DNA from: a virus
Lineage: Duplodnaviria > Caudoviricetes
IMG/VR virus record: IMGVR_UViG_3300022858_000918
Location: 1 to 40,376 of that record
Strand: one strand, 5' to 3'
Length of the DNA: 40,376 nt
Under the pieces are notes generated by a model. It ran no database searches, was not told where the DNA came from, and saw only the letters and a list, made by a program, of their open reading frames with translations. Shown here one piece after another: positions 1 to 8,637 of this stretch. The position numbers and the translations under genes are program-made. The first letter of the stretch is position 1. Each line of letters starts with the position of its first letter.

Positions 1-87
1 CAACAAGCTAAACTTGCCAAGAAAAAGAAACAAGATTACGATAAAAGGGTAAAGAATTGGTTGAAGATAATAAGGAGAAAGATATGA
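1..87 (+). CDS. 3' end of a hypothetical protein (partial)
   Basis: Open frame from base 1 (QQAKLAKKKKQDYDKRVKNWLKIIRRKI*), ends in ATGA overlap with next ORF. Confidence 0.5.
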   Translation, partial: QQAKLAKKKKQDYDKRVKNWLKIIRRKI

Positions 88-200
88 GTAGTCCACAATT
101 AGAAATCTGCGAGAAGTGTGGTTTAAGATTCTACTCAGTGTTGGGCGAAATTATCTGCCCTGAGTGTGAGAAGAAGGAGTCTACCAATGATAAAAAATAA
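84..200 (+). CDS. 38-aa zinc-ribbon microprotein
   Basis: Hand translation MSSPQLEICEKCGLRFYSVLGEIICPECEKKESTNDKK; two CxxC; AAGGAG upstream; below ORF-track cutoff. Confidence 0.7.
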   Translation: MSSPQLEICEKCGLRFYSVLGEIICPECEKKESTNDKK

Positions 201-591
201 TGGTTGTTGTGATTTAGAGTATGCTAAGAAGATAAAAGAGTTGGGTGTTAAACAAGAGAGTTTATTCAAATGGCACTCCAAGTTAGATGGAAAAGGTAAT
301 AGAGTCTATACGGAGATAGTTTATTTACCAATTAAACAAATGGAACAAGATTACTCCGCCTTCACTTGTGGAGAGTTGGGGGAGATGTTGCCTTACTATT
401 TAGTTGGCAAAGGTGAACTTACTATTAAGAAAAATTACCTTAGAGATAAAAGAACAGGTTGGAATGTTAGATATGAAAAAACAATTAACTGTAAAGGAGA
501 GCCATTACCAACAATTTGTGGAGACATTATGGCTAATGCTATGGCTTTAATGTTAATATGGTTGATAGAAAACAAAATGATGGAGGTGTGA
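187..591 (+). CDS. Hypothetical phage protein
   Basis: ORF-track 166..591; ATG at 187 has AAGGAG SD and is the likelier start. Confidence 0.75.
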   Translation: MIKNNGCCDLEYAKKIKELGVKQESLFKWHSKLDGKGNRVYTEIVYLPIKQMEQDYSAFTCGELGEMLPYYLVGKGELTIKKNYLRDKRTGWNVRYEKTINCKGEPLPTICGDIMANAMALMLIWLIENKMMEV

Positions 592-592
592 G

Positions 593-811
593 GTGAAAGA
601 CAAAGATAGAGAGTTAAGATTGATATTGGAAAAGTATTACTTACCTGCCATAAGTTTAGATTTAGCACAAGGAGAAATCAAAGCCCTCTACAAGCCGTTG
701 GAGAAGGGGGAGCTTGAGAAGATAATGTGGGAAGTTGCACGTATTGAAATTGGTTCACCAGCATCAATAATGTTAGCCCAAGCAATCATAAACGCAAGGG
801 GGGAGAAGTGA
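593..811 (+). CDS. Hypothetical protein
   Basis: GTG start after GGAGG; coupled to neighbours. Confidence 0.65.
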   Translation: MKDKDRELRLILEKYYLPAISLDLAQGEIKALYKPLEKGELEKIMWEVARIEIGSPASIMLAQAIINARGEK

Positions 812-1029
812 GCAAAATAAGTAAAAGAGAAGAATTGGCTGAATATATACTTGAGCTACTATACAATGAAGAATTTAAAAAAGAACAATATCTTGTAAAT
901 GCTGACTATATAAATGGAAGGAAAAATAGAGCGATTGAACATTATAAGTATTCATCTGTTTTTCATTCAAAAGTTAATACGGCTGTTGCCTATATTGCTA
1001 AAATAACAGGAATAAGGGAGGAGAGATGA
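808..1029 (+). CDS. Hypothetical protein
   Basis: GTGA overlap, GGAG SD. Confidence 0.65.
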   Translation: MSKISKREELAEYILELLYNEEFKKEQYLVNADYINGRKNRAIEHYKYSSVFHSKVNTAVAYIAKITGIREER

Positions 1030-2099
1030 AAGAAAATAAGTTTCTATTCGATGGGAATAAGTTACTATGGCACATGGAACGTGTAGAGAAACACTTTAAA
1101 CATGGACAAAGAATTGCTCCATTACACATTGATATAGGAGCAACTAAGTTATGTAATGCAAAGTGTATTTATTGTTACGGATTATTCCAAAAGATGTCCA
1201 ATGATATAATTCCAAGGGATGTTTTAATTAAGTTATTCCATGATGCACCTCTATTGGGAGTTAAATCATTAGTTGTTACAGGTGATGGTGAGCCTACTCT
1301 TAATCCAGCTCTATATGAAGCTTGTGAAATAGGTCATATGAATGGACTGGATTTGGGTATTGCAACCAATGGGATATTCTTAGATGAGAAAAAATTAGAT
1401 ACGATATTATCCACCTGCACGTGGCTACGCTTCAACCTCTCGGCTGTTGATGAGGTGGGATATAAATCCATTCACGGTGTTCCCAAGTGGAAGTGCGTGC
1501 AGGCTAATATTAAAAAAGCCATAGAGTTAAAGGAAAAGAAGGGATATAAGTGTACCATTGGTTTACAAATGGTGCTTGTTCCTCAATGTTTAGATTATGT
1601 TGTTCCCGAGGCTAAATGGGCTGTAGAGAATAAGGTTGATTATTTTGTTATTAAACAATTTAGTGACCCAGGGTGTAAAGAAATGCAACCCTTTAACCTT
1701 AACTGGTATGATAATCTTGATACTCAACTAAGATTACATGAGGCAGAGAAACTATCCAATTTCAAGACTAAAATCATTGCTAAGTGGGGTATGATACATT
1801 CCAAAGGGAAACGAGCTTATAGCCACTGTGCAGATTGCCCATTATTATTCCAAATTAGTGGAAGTTCTAAATGTTACCCATGTGGGTATTTATTCGGTGA
1901 TGATAGGTATTGTTACGGTGATCTTAAGGAACAATCATTAGGGGAAATATTAAAGAGTGAACATTACTGGGATATCATAAAACATATGAGGTATGATTTC
2001 GATGTTCATAAGGAATGTAAGGGCTGTTGCAGGCACGACTTCACTAATGCCTTTATTGACAACTATCTTAATCCACCAGACCATATTAACTTTATATAG
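1026..2099 (+). CDS. Radical SAM protein with C-terminal SPASM/twitch-like Cys domain
   Basis: CNAKCIYC (CxxxCxxC), TGDGEPTL, ATNG; C-terminal CADC...CYPC...YGDL...CKGCC. Confidence 0.92.
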   Translation: MKENKFLFDGNKLLWHMERVEKHFKHGQRIAPLHIDIGATKLCNAKCIYCYGLFQKMSNDIIPRDVLIKLFHDAPLLGVKSLVVTGDGEPTLNPALYEACEIGHMNGLDLGIATNGIFLDEKKLDTILSTCTWLRFNLSAVDEVGYKSIHGVPKWKCVQANIKKAIELKEKKGYKCTIGLQMVLVPQCLDYVVPEAKWAVENKVDYFVIKQFSDPGCKEMQPFNLNWYDNLDTQLRLHEAEKLSNFKTKIIAKWGMIHSKGKRAYSHCADCPLLFQISGSSKCYPCGYLFGDDRYCYGDLKEQSLGEILKSEHYWDIIKHMRYDFDVHKECKGCCRHDFTNAFIDNYLNPPDHINFI

Positions 2100-2108
2100 G
2101 AGGTTATA

Positions 2109-2255
2109 ATGAATTTTCTAAGAACTGCATTTGAGGTTGGATTGGGCTGGTTTGGAGCACAGCTTGCTATGGGTTTATGCTTTATAATAGTCGTAGGAAT
2201 ATGCTTTGGCATATATGCCATTACTGAGTGGATATCCCGTAAATTCAAAAATTGA
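2109..2255 (+). CDS. 48-aa membrane protein
   Basis: MNFLRTAFEVGLGWFGAQLAMGLCFIIVVGICFGIYAITEWISRKFKN; AGGAGG SD; hydrophobic span. Confidence 0.7.
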   Translation: MNFLRTAFEVGLGWFGAQLAMGLCFIIVVGICFGIYAITEWISRKFKN

Positions 2256-2262
2256 ACTTACG
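2238..2262. promoter_or_regulatory. 25-bp palindrome copy 1 (CGTAAATTCAA-AAA-TTGAACTTACG)
   Basis: Read directly; overlaps upstream TGA, lies just before AAGGAGG of the gene at 2275. Confidence 0.7.
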
Positions 2263-2274
2263 GAAAGGAGGTTT

Positions 2275-2676
2275 ATGAACGGACATTGGAATAAGTTACC
2301 AAAGCAATCTTTGGGTGATGTAGTAGATAGAGTTACTATCTTAAGTAGAAAGATATTCTTTGGGGAAGAAGAGGCTTATAAGGAACATACATATTTAACT
2401 GAAGCTATAGCAGGGTTAGACCTCAAGCTCACTGGTGCGTTGTTGAGTGCTATTATTAGATTAACGCAGATGAACATAGAAATATGGAACAGGGAGAATA
2501 TCCTACGTAGAGCTCCAGAAGGTCAACTGCCTGCTGGTATGACTCCAGACGAAGTAGCTAGAACAACTATAGAAATCAGGGATTTTAATAGGAAGAGAGT
2601 CAGTTACAAGAACGAAATCAATCGTTTAACTAAATTAGGGTTTAGAGAATTTAAAATCAAACACAGGAGTCAATGA
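2275..2676 (+). CDS. DUF6165-like all-helical protein
   Basis: SLGDVVDRVTIL..K, N.EIW..E..LR, N.KR..YKNEIN, E.K pattern; ATG 2275 follows AAGGAGG (track start 2206 unlikely). Confidence 0.65.
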   Translation: MNGHWNKLPKQSLGDVVDRVTILSRKIFFGEEEAYKEHTYLTEAIAGLDLKLTGALLSAIIRLTQMNIEIWNRENILRRAPEGQLPAGMTPDEVARTTIEIRDFNRKRVSYKNEINRLTKLGFREFKIKHRSQ

Positions 2677-2897
2677 TGTTAAAAATAACTGATGATAATG
2701 ACAAACAATGTATTGTAAATGAGAAGTATATTACGGCTGTGCATTGTTATCCTGCATCTAATGGTAATGGTAAAGCAATTAAGGTTCTGCTCTGTCATAC
2801 AGGTTATCTAGGACTTTGGTATCGGGATGAGAAAAGAGCAGATGAGGTATTTGCTATTATAGAAGCTGGGTTGATTAAAAATGGTTGGAGGGGCTAA
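2673..2897 (+). CDS. Hypothetical protein
   Basis: ATGA overlap, AGGAG SD. Confidence 0.65.
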   Translation: MMLKITDDNDKQCIVNEKYITAVHCYPASNGNGKAIKVLLCHTGYLGLWYRDEKRADEVFAIIEAGLIKNGWRG

Positions 2898-2900
2898 ACT

Positions 2901-3167
2901 ATGTTACATAATAAATTAAGGGAAATATTGGGTGAGTGTGGATTAGATGCTCCAAACGAAGATGAAATACAAGATGCTATAAAAGAAATTAAAGCCCTTG
3001 TAATAAAAAGTTTAGGGGAGGATCATAGAATAGCAAAAATACTTTTTAAGTCGAGCATTTATATTGAAATGTATGGTGGTTGGCAAGCTCTACCTACTGG
3101 ACATAAAAGAGTTTTTATTAAACAAGAAGAAGCAATTATAATTGAAATGAAGGAGAGGTGGAAATGA
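2901..3167 (+). CDS. Hypothetical protein
   Basis: GGAGG SD; in operon. Confidence 0.65.
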   Translation: MLHNKLREILGECGLDAPNEDEIQDAIKEIKALVIKSLGEDHRIAKILFKSSIYIEMYGGWQALPTGHKRVFIKQEEAIIIEMKERWK

Positions 3168-3802
3168 AGCGTAAATGGACAGAGGAAGAACTCAAGAACA
3201 TTGAAACAAACTTTGCTAAAGAATTTGAAGCAGGTAAGATAAGATGCCCATTACATTTGTCTGGTGGTAATGAGGCAACTCTTATATCCCTATTTACACA
3301 GATTAAAGATAGAGATTATGTATTCTCTACCCATAGGAGTCACTATCATTATTTACTTAAGGGTGGGGATTTAAAGAAGTTAAGAGCAGAAATATACGGA
3401 AAAAACGAGGGCATGTGCTTGGGTAAGGGAAGGAGCATGCATCTGTACGACCCAAGTATTCACTTTTACACCTCAGCTATTATAGGTGGTACTCCTGCTA
3501 TAGCTGTAGGTGTTGCCCTCGGTCTTAAGAAAAAGTTTAAAGGGCAAAAGAGAGGTCCTCATGTTTGGTGTTTCGTGGGAGATGGTACAGAAGATACAGG
3601 GCATTTTATTGAGGCTGCTAGGTTTGCAAATTGTAGGAAGTTACCTTTAACTTTTATTGTGGAAGATAATGATAGAGCTGTTGAGAGTACTAAAGCTGAA
3701 AGATGGCATAATTATCAACCTATCAATGCTCAAAATGTTCTAAGATATTCCTATGTTCCTACTTATCCTCATGTAGGTGTAGGGAAGTGGGTGACGTTCT
3801 AA
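3164..3802 (+). CDS. TPP-dependent 2-oxoacid dehydrogenase E1 alpha-like subunit (short)
   Basis: HLSGGNEA, STHRSHYH, GKGRSMH, SAIIGG and TPP motif GDG...IVEDN; ~212 aa, much shorter than PdhA. Confidence 0.88.
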   Translation: MKRKWTEEELKNIETNFAKEFEAGKIRCPLHLSGGNEATLISLFTQIKDRDYVFSTHRSHYHYLLKGGDLKKLRAEIYGKNEGMCLGKGRSMHLYDPSIHFYTSAIIGGTPAIAVGVALGLKKKFKGQKRGPHVWCFVGDGTEDTGHFIEAARFANCRKLPLTFIVEDNDRAVESTKAERWHNYQPINAQNVLRYSYVPTYPHVGVGKWVTF

Positions 3803-4020
3803 TGTTTCACGATAAATATATAAAAACAATACCTTGGTGGGTAAAACCAATCTTACCCTTTCGCAAAACTTTTACTTCTATGGATATAAGTAGGAATAAG
3901 ACAGTAACCTGTATTGGTAAAAAGCTGTTTGGTAAGTTATATATATTAGAACTACGTGAAGAACCTGGAATTAAAGGTAAGACTTTTGATTATGTTATAG
4001 AAGATGATTTGGAGGGCTAA
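3802..4020 (+). CDS. Hypothetical protein
   Basis: TAATG overlap start at 3802 within track ORF 3787..4020. Confidence 0.6.
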   Translation: MFHDKYIKTIPWWVKPILPFRKTFTSMDISRNKTVTCIGKKLFGKLYILELREEPGIKGKTFDYVIEDDLEG

Positions 4021-4021
4021 A

Positions 4022-4204
4022 ATGAAGTGTAAACATTTATACGCAGATAAGGTAAAACCAGGTTCCGCTACTATACAAGTTATGTCTTGTCCTAAATGTC
4101 ATAAGGTTATCATTAAAGGGAAAGATACAGGTATGGGATTTGGTATCGCTAAAATATTAAGAACTAAAAAACATGGTAAGGGTTATGTAATGAAGGAGGT
4201 CTAA
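4022..4204 (+). CDS. Small Cys-containing (zinc-finger-like) protein
   Basis: MKCKH...CPKC; GGAGG SD before ATG 4022. Confidence 0.6.
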   Translation: MKCKHLYADKVKPGSATIQVMSCPKCHKVIIKGKDTGMGFGIAKILRTKKHGKGYVMKEV

Positions 4205-4398
4205 TGCCAAAGAGAAAACCTTTAGAAAGGGAGATACGAGATAGAACAAATTTTAAGGGTAACTTTTGTTATAACGGATGTGCATTTAAGCAATTTGACT
4301 TTTGTTATCTATTTGATATAAGATTGATTTATAATGATAAAGAGGATAAGTCAAAGAGATGTAGTAAATGTTTACACTATTTTAAGGAGGAAAAATGA
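4204..4398 (+). CDS. Small Cys-rich hypothetical protein
   Basis: CYNGCAF...CYLF...RCSKC; AAGGAGG SD. Confidence 0.65.
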   Translation: MPKRKPLEREIRDRTNFKGNFCYNGCAFKQFDFCYLFDIRLIYNDKEDKSKRCSKCLHYFKEEK

Positions 4399-4916
4399 CC
4401 TATAAGGAACATATAATTGATTCAATGGAATGGTTATCCGAGCAGAAAGATACCGTATTCATAGGTGAAGGTTTAATTAACGCTGGAAGAATATATGGCA
4501 CTATGGACTATGTACCCATTAAGAAATGTATTGAAATGCCAATAGCAGAGAACCTCATAGTAGGTGCAGCTATGGGACTAGCCCTTCTGGGCTATAGACC
4601 TATCGTTGTATTTCAACGGATGGACTTTATGTTGGTAGCTGCAGATGCAATCATCAATCACCTATGTAAGATACCCGCCATGAGTGGTGGCAAGGTTAAA
4701 CTTCCTGTTATCATACGAGCTATCATAGGTAATCAAGATAAAAAGTTTGATGTAGGTTTACAACATAAGGCAGATTATACTAAAATCTTCTCACCCTATA
4801 TGCTCACCATTCCCCTTATAGAACCAGACCATATTCCTATGTTTTATAAGGATGCATACAAGAAAGATGAACCAGTGTTACTGATAGAACGATATAATAA
4901 GTATGGTGAGGTTTAA
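4395..4916 (+). CDS. TPP-dependent E1 beta-like subunit, pyrimidine-binding domain only
   Basis: FIGE, EMPIAE (catalytic Glu), GAAMGLAL.G.RP, MDF...A.DAIIN, GLQH, PVLLIE; lacks the C-terminal domain. Confidence 0.88.
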   Translation: MTYKEHIIDSMEWLSEQKDTVFIGEGLINAGRIYGTMDYVPIKKCIEMPIAENLIVGAAMGLALLGYRPIVVFQRMDFMLVAADAIINHLCKIPAMSGGKVKLPVIIRAIIGNQDKKFDVGLQHKADYTKIFSPYMLTIPLIEPDHIPMFYKDAYKKDEPVLLIERYNKYGEV

Positions 4917-4918
4917 GG

Positions 4919-5089
4919 ATGAGCCACGATTTAGCAAGAATACCAATGAGAAAGATTGAGATTAGAAATACCATAAATGGCTCTGGAACTTGGTTTGAAC
5001 TTGAATTAACTAATGATGATATTAAGAAACTTGACTATAATCTTGGGTTAATAGGTGTAAACATAAAAGTTAATAAGGAGTTAAAATGA
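4919..5089 (+). CDS. 56-aa hypothetical protein
   Basis: Fills the gap exactly; GAGG SD; ATGA overlap with next gene. Confidence 0.6.
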   Translation: MSHDLARIPMRKIEIRNTINGSGTWFELELTNDDIKKLDYNLGLIGVNIKVNKELK

Positions 5090-5937
5090 AGAAGATAGAG
5101 TTACCCAAACATTATAACTACATTGAGGCATATCTTACCTATGATTGCAACATGTCTTGTGACTATTGTCTTAATAGGTTTTATGCTCTCACCTGTCCAA
5201 GACCACTTAATACTAAGGATTGGATTAAAGCTTTATCTAGAATACCCGCAACCAAGAAGTTACCTATTACCCTAGGTGGTGGTGAACCCACAGTGCATCC
5301 AGGTTTCTATGAAATAGTTAATTCTATACCTGATGGAAATGTAGACCTCTTAACCAATGGGACTTTTGATAGTGATGAATTTATGTCCAAGATAAAACCA
5401 AGTAAATTTGATAGAAATGCTAAATATGCATCAATAAGAGTTAGCTTACACCCTACGACTGATGTTGGAATGATGTTACGAACTGTAATAGCTCTTAATA
5501 AACATGGATATTCCGTTGGTATATGGTCAACAGACCACCCAACTATGACAGGACTTATGCTAAAGGTTAAGGATATATGTGACGATTACAAAATAGATTT
5601 CAGGGTTAAGGAGTTCCTAGGATTTTATAAACATAAACTATATGGGAGATATAAATATCCTGGAGCTATTGCTAGGGGTTATACTTCCAATGTTATATGT
5701 AAACCCTCGGAATTATTATTATCCCCTGATGGTAAAGTTTTTAGATGTCATTCAGATTTATATAAATATAATACACCTATTGGGGATATGTTAGGTACAG
5801 TTAAATTAACTGATGACTTTTACCCCTGTCCTAATTTTGGAGATTGTCACCCTTGTGACGTAAAACTTAAATATAATAGATTTCAACAATACGGACACTG
5901 TCCAGTTGAGATAAAAAATGATGGAGATAAAATCTAA
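5086..5937 (+). CDS. Radical SAM protein with C-terminal SPASM/twitch-like Cys domain
   Basis: CNMSCDYC, LGGGEPT, LTNG; C-terminal C...PDG.VFRC...IGD...CPNFGDCHPCD. Confidence 0.92.
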   Translation: MKKIELPKHYNYIEAYLTYDCNMSCDYCLNRFYALTCPRPLNTKDWIKALSRIPATKKLPITLGGGEPTVHPGFYEIVNSIPDGNVDLLTNGTFDSDEFMSKIKPSKFDRNAKYASIRVSLHPTTDVGMMLRTVIALNKHGYSVGIWSTDHPTMTGLMLKVKDICDDYKIDFRVKEFLGFYKHKLYGRYKYPGAIARGYTSNVICKPSELLLSPDGKVFRCHSDLYKYNTPIGDMLGTVKLTDDFYPCPNFGDCHPCDVKLKYNRFQQYGHCPVEIKNDGDKI

Positions 5938-5938
5938 T

Positions 5939-6045
5939 CTTGGGGATTATACTGGGTGGTTGCTTTTGACAGGTATGCGAATACTCTGCAAAGGTGTAGG
6001 TGTAGTTGGACTGGTAATTCACCTGCGAGCTTACTAATCCCTGAG
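5939..6045 (+). ncRNA. Candidate structured RNA A (multibranch, GNRA tetraloop)
   Basis: Closing stem CTTGGGGATTA/TAATCCCTGAG; hairpin CTTTTG-CAG-GTAT[GCGA]ATAC-CTG-CAAAGG; hairpin TGTAGGTG/CACCTGCG; G-U pairs favour + strand. Confidence 0.5.
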
Positions 6046-6071
6046 ATTTACAAAAAAGGAGGTGATAAGGA

Positions 6072-6239
6072 ATGACTAAAATGCTACAAGAGGATTGGGA
6101 AAAAGAATATGCATATGCAGGTGGGTTTCAAACAGCTTTGATGAGAGCTATTGAACACGCAGATCATATTAACCTTGCAAAGTTGGAAAAGGAATATCCT
6201 GACATTGTAAAATCTTATCTTAAATTTAGTAGGGGGTGA
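6072..6239 (+). CDS. 55-aa hypothetical phage protein
   Basis: MTKMLQEDWEKEYAYAGGFQTALMRAIEHADHINLAKLEKEYPDIV...; AAGGAGG SD. Confidence 0.7.
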   Translation: MTKMLQEDWEKEYAYAGGFQTALMRAIEHADHINLAKLEKEYPDIVKSYLKFSRG

Positions 6240-6245
6240 TAGGAA

Positions 6246-7103
6246 ATGAGTGAAAGAATTTGGGACTTTACAACCATTGACACATTCCAAACGTGTCGTA
6301 GGAAATATTACTACTTTGCAGTAAAACATCTACAAACTAAGACAAAGTCCAATGCACTACTGTTCGGTGGAGCTATCCATGAAGCCCTAGACATATGGTA
6401 CAGCGAGAAAAATATGCAAAAAGCTATCGCTAATTTTAAGGAAACTTATAATGATAGGGAAGGGGATGACAAAAGAACAGTAGCAAATGGTGTTAAGCTA
6501 CTTGAGAACTATGCTAAGGTTTATGAAAAAGAACCTTTTGAGGTGTTTGGTAAACCTGAAGCAGGATTCGTATATCCCATTGGGGATATAATGTATGGTG
6601 GAAGAATGGATTTACCTATCCGTTGGGATGGGCAGATTTGGATTATGGAACACAAAACAACGTCGCTTATTAGATCTGCATACTTCAGACAGTTTGACCT
6701 TGAAAAGCAAGTTACTGGGTATATCTTAGCAGCTGAGGCTTTCACTGGTGAAAAATGTATGGGATGTTTAATCAATGCACTTGAACCTTGGAAGGAACTC
6801 TTAAGACCTACAGCTAAGAGTAAGAAACCTGAGGATCATTTTGTACGATATCCAGTGACTCGTAGCAAAGAACTTAAGGACAGATTTAAACTTAATGTCA
6901 ACAGGATAGTTAGGGATATCTTGTGGTGTGAAAAGAACAATGAGTTCTATGAAGCAGAGAAGAAAGAAGCATGTTTCTATTACAACTATGACTGCCCCTA
7001 CAAAATGCTATGTCAGTATGGAGCAGATGAACGAACTATTGAAAGGGAATATGTTGTTAGTAAATGGGAACCTTATGCCCAACCAAAAGAGGAGAATAAA
7101 TAA
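6246..7103 (+). CDS. PD-(D/E)XK exonuclease, Cas4/AddB-like with likely Fe-S staple
   Basis: CRRKYYY, FGGAIHEAL, GRMD, EHKT, Q..GY, three C-terminal Cys (C..YNYDCPY..LC). Confidence 0.85.
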   Translation: MSERIWDFTTIDTFQTCRRKYYYFAVKHLQTKTKSNALLFGGAIHEALDIWYSEKNMQKAIANFKETYNDREGDDKRTVANGVKLLENYAKVYEKEPFEVFGKPEAGFVYPIGDIMYGGRMDLPIRWDGQIWIMEHKTTSLIRSAYFRQFDLEKQVTGYILAAEAFTGEKCMGCLINALEPWKELLRPTAKSKKPEDHFVRYPVTRSKELKDRFKLNVNRIVRDILWCEKNNEFYEAEKKEACFYYNYDCPYKMLCQYGADERTIEREYVVSKWEPYAQPKEENK

Positions 7104-7291
7104 TGAATCTTATATCTATGAGTATACATGATGTAGAAGGACTAGAAGAAAAGAAGTCACATAAGCTTGGAATGGGTATGGATTTGGAAACGAAAACGCA
7201 CGTAAAGAACTACATTATTAAAACAAAAGACACTACATTTGAGTTAACTTTATTCTCTAGAGATGAAAAAAAGTTGGAGGTAATTAAATGA
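7103..7291 (+). CDS. Hypothetical protein
   Basis: TAATG and ATGA overlaps. Confidence 0.65.
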   Translation: MNLISMSIHDVEGLEEKKSHKLGMGMDLETKTHVKNYIIKTKDTTFELTLFSRDEKKLEVIK

Positions 7292-8046
7292 ACTATTTCT
7301 CATGCCTGCTAATAGGCGACTGGGGTTCTGGGAAAACAACAGCTGCATCTACAGCTCCAGGTCCAGTTCTATATCTAGACACCGACAACAAACTACATAA
7401 GATGGTTAACTTAAAGTCTAAGATGGACTCTGGACAACTAATCCAATGGGCATTAAAGGAACCTCTATCAACTATGGGACTTAAGAGACTAGCAACTTCT
7501 GATATGAAGCCTGGGAAGAAAATGACCGTGCAGAGACCACTAGGTTATATGAACCTCGTTGATATGATTGAGAAGCTTGTTGCAGACAAATGTATTGTTG
7601 AACACAAGGGAGCAAAGGTAAAGATTAATACTGTTGTCCTAGACAGTTACACAACTATGGATGAGCATATCCGCAGATTATTAATGGCTGTTAATGGAAC
7701 TGCAACTATGACCTTACCTTTATATGGAGCTCTACTCTCAAACTATGAAGAGGTCAACAATACCCTATTAAGATTACCAGCTAATGTAATTTTTATTTGC
7801 CATGAGAAAGCTGATAAAGACGAACTTACTGGTAAGATTAGCTATCGACCTTTAATCAATGGTCAAATGGCAGGTAAGATTGGTAAGGACTTTGAGGAAG
7901 TGTATTACATGCAGAAGACTATCCGAGGAGATAAGGCAACTTATGAAATGAATACTATTGGAGACTCCATGCGTAGTTGTAGAACCTCAAGGGATTTACC
8001 TAAGATGGTAGAAGCAGACTTTAGTAAAATTTATGGGAGTAAATAA
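7288..8046 (+). CDS. AAA_24/Sak4-like ATPase (single-strand annealing recombinase)
   Basis: Walker A GDWGSGKT, YLDTD, Walker B VVLDS, FICHE; flanked by exonuclease and SSB genes. Confidence 0.82.
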   Translation: MNYFSCLLIGDWGSGKTTAASTAPGPVLYLDTDNKLHKMVNLKSKMDSGQLIQWALKEPLSTMGLKRLATSDMKPGKKMTVQRPLGYMNLVDMIEKLVADKCIVEHKGAKVKINTVVLDSYTTMDEHIRRLLMAVNGTATMTLPLYGALLSNYEEVNNTLLRLPANVIFICHEKADKDELTGKISYRPLINGQMAGKIGKDFEEVYYMQKTIRGDKATYEMNTIGDSMRSCRTSRDLPKMVEADFSKIYGSK

Positions 8047-8210
8047 TGGATAAGAAAAAATATATTCCTGGAATGTCCGACGCAGAAAATGTCTTTGAAG
8101 AAATTGAAGCTCAGGAGAAAGCACTGCGTCGTAAGGAATGGTTAGAAGAACATAAGAAGGATGCTAAACCTCGGGGAGGTGATAATACAGAGGATAAACA
8201 TCAGGGGTGA
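8046..8210 (+). CDS. 54-aa hypothetical protein
   Basis: TAATG overlap; MDKKKYIPGMSDAENVFEEIEAQEK... Confidence 0.55.
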   Translation: MDKKKYIPGMSDAENVFEEIEAQEKALRRKEWLEEHKKDAKPRGGDNTEDKHQG

Positions 8211-8247
8211 TTTAATATAATAATTTAGTAGAAACAAGGAGATTTAC

Positions 8248-8625
8248 ATGAAGATTACAGTTGATCCGACCACAGAAGCAACAGGTTTTGGGTACGTAGA
8301 AGCAGGTAAGTATCGTCTAAGGATAGTTAAGGTTGATGAGAGACAAGGACCTGCTGGACCTTACCTTAATTGGGAATTGGAATTAGCTGACCCAAACATA
8401 GGTACAATAAATGGTAAGGGGAAACCTGGTCATATCTTTGAGATCACAACACTTAAAGTTGGAGCTCAATTCAGGTTACGTCAGTTAACTGATGCTCTAG
8501 GTATAGCATGGGCAGACCTAGATACCGATACTATGATTGGTGCAGAGTTAGATGCACAGGTAGGTATTAAGGAATACCAGGGTGTTTTCTCTAACGAGAT
8601 CAAGAAATTCATCCCAGTTAAATAA
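8248..8625 (+). CDS. DUF669-like single-stranded DNA-binding protein
   Basis: GFGYVEAGKYRLRI...YLNWEL...EYQG...NEIKKF pattern; position after Sak4-like gene. Confidence 0.75.
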   Translation: MKITVDPTTEATGFGYVEAGKYRLRIVKVDERQGPAGPYLNWELELADPNIGTINGKGKPGHIFEITTLKVGAQFRLRQLTDALGIAWADLDTDTMIGAELDAQVGIKEYQGVFSNEIKKFIPVK

Positions 8626-8637
8626 CTAAGGGACTTA

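Noticed and set aside
3164-4916. True pyruvate dehydrogenase (pdhA/pdhB) auxiliary metabolic genes
   Set aside because: Both subunits are truncated and no E2/E3 is present, so gene symbols were withheld
1026-5937. 7-deazaguanine (QueE) or anaerobic RNR activase role for the radical SAM genes
   Set aside because: Both have CxxxCxxC plus C-terminal Cys-rich extensions, and no folE, queC, queD, dpdA or nrdD is in the window
6246-7103. CRISPR-Cas system suggested by the Cas4-like nuclease
   Set aside because: No repeat-spacer array or other cas genes; context is the usual exonuclease-Sak4-SSB module
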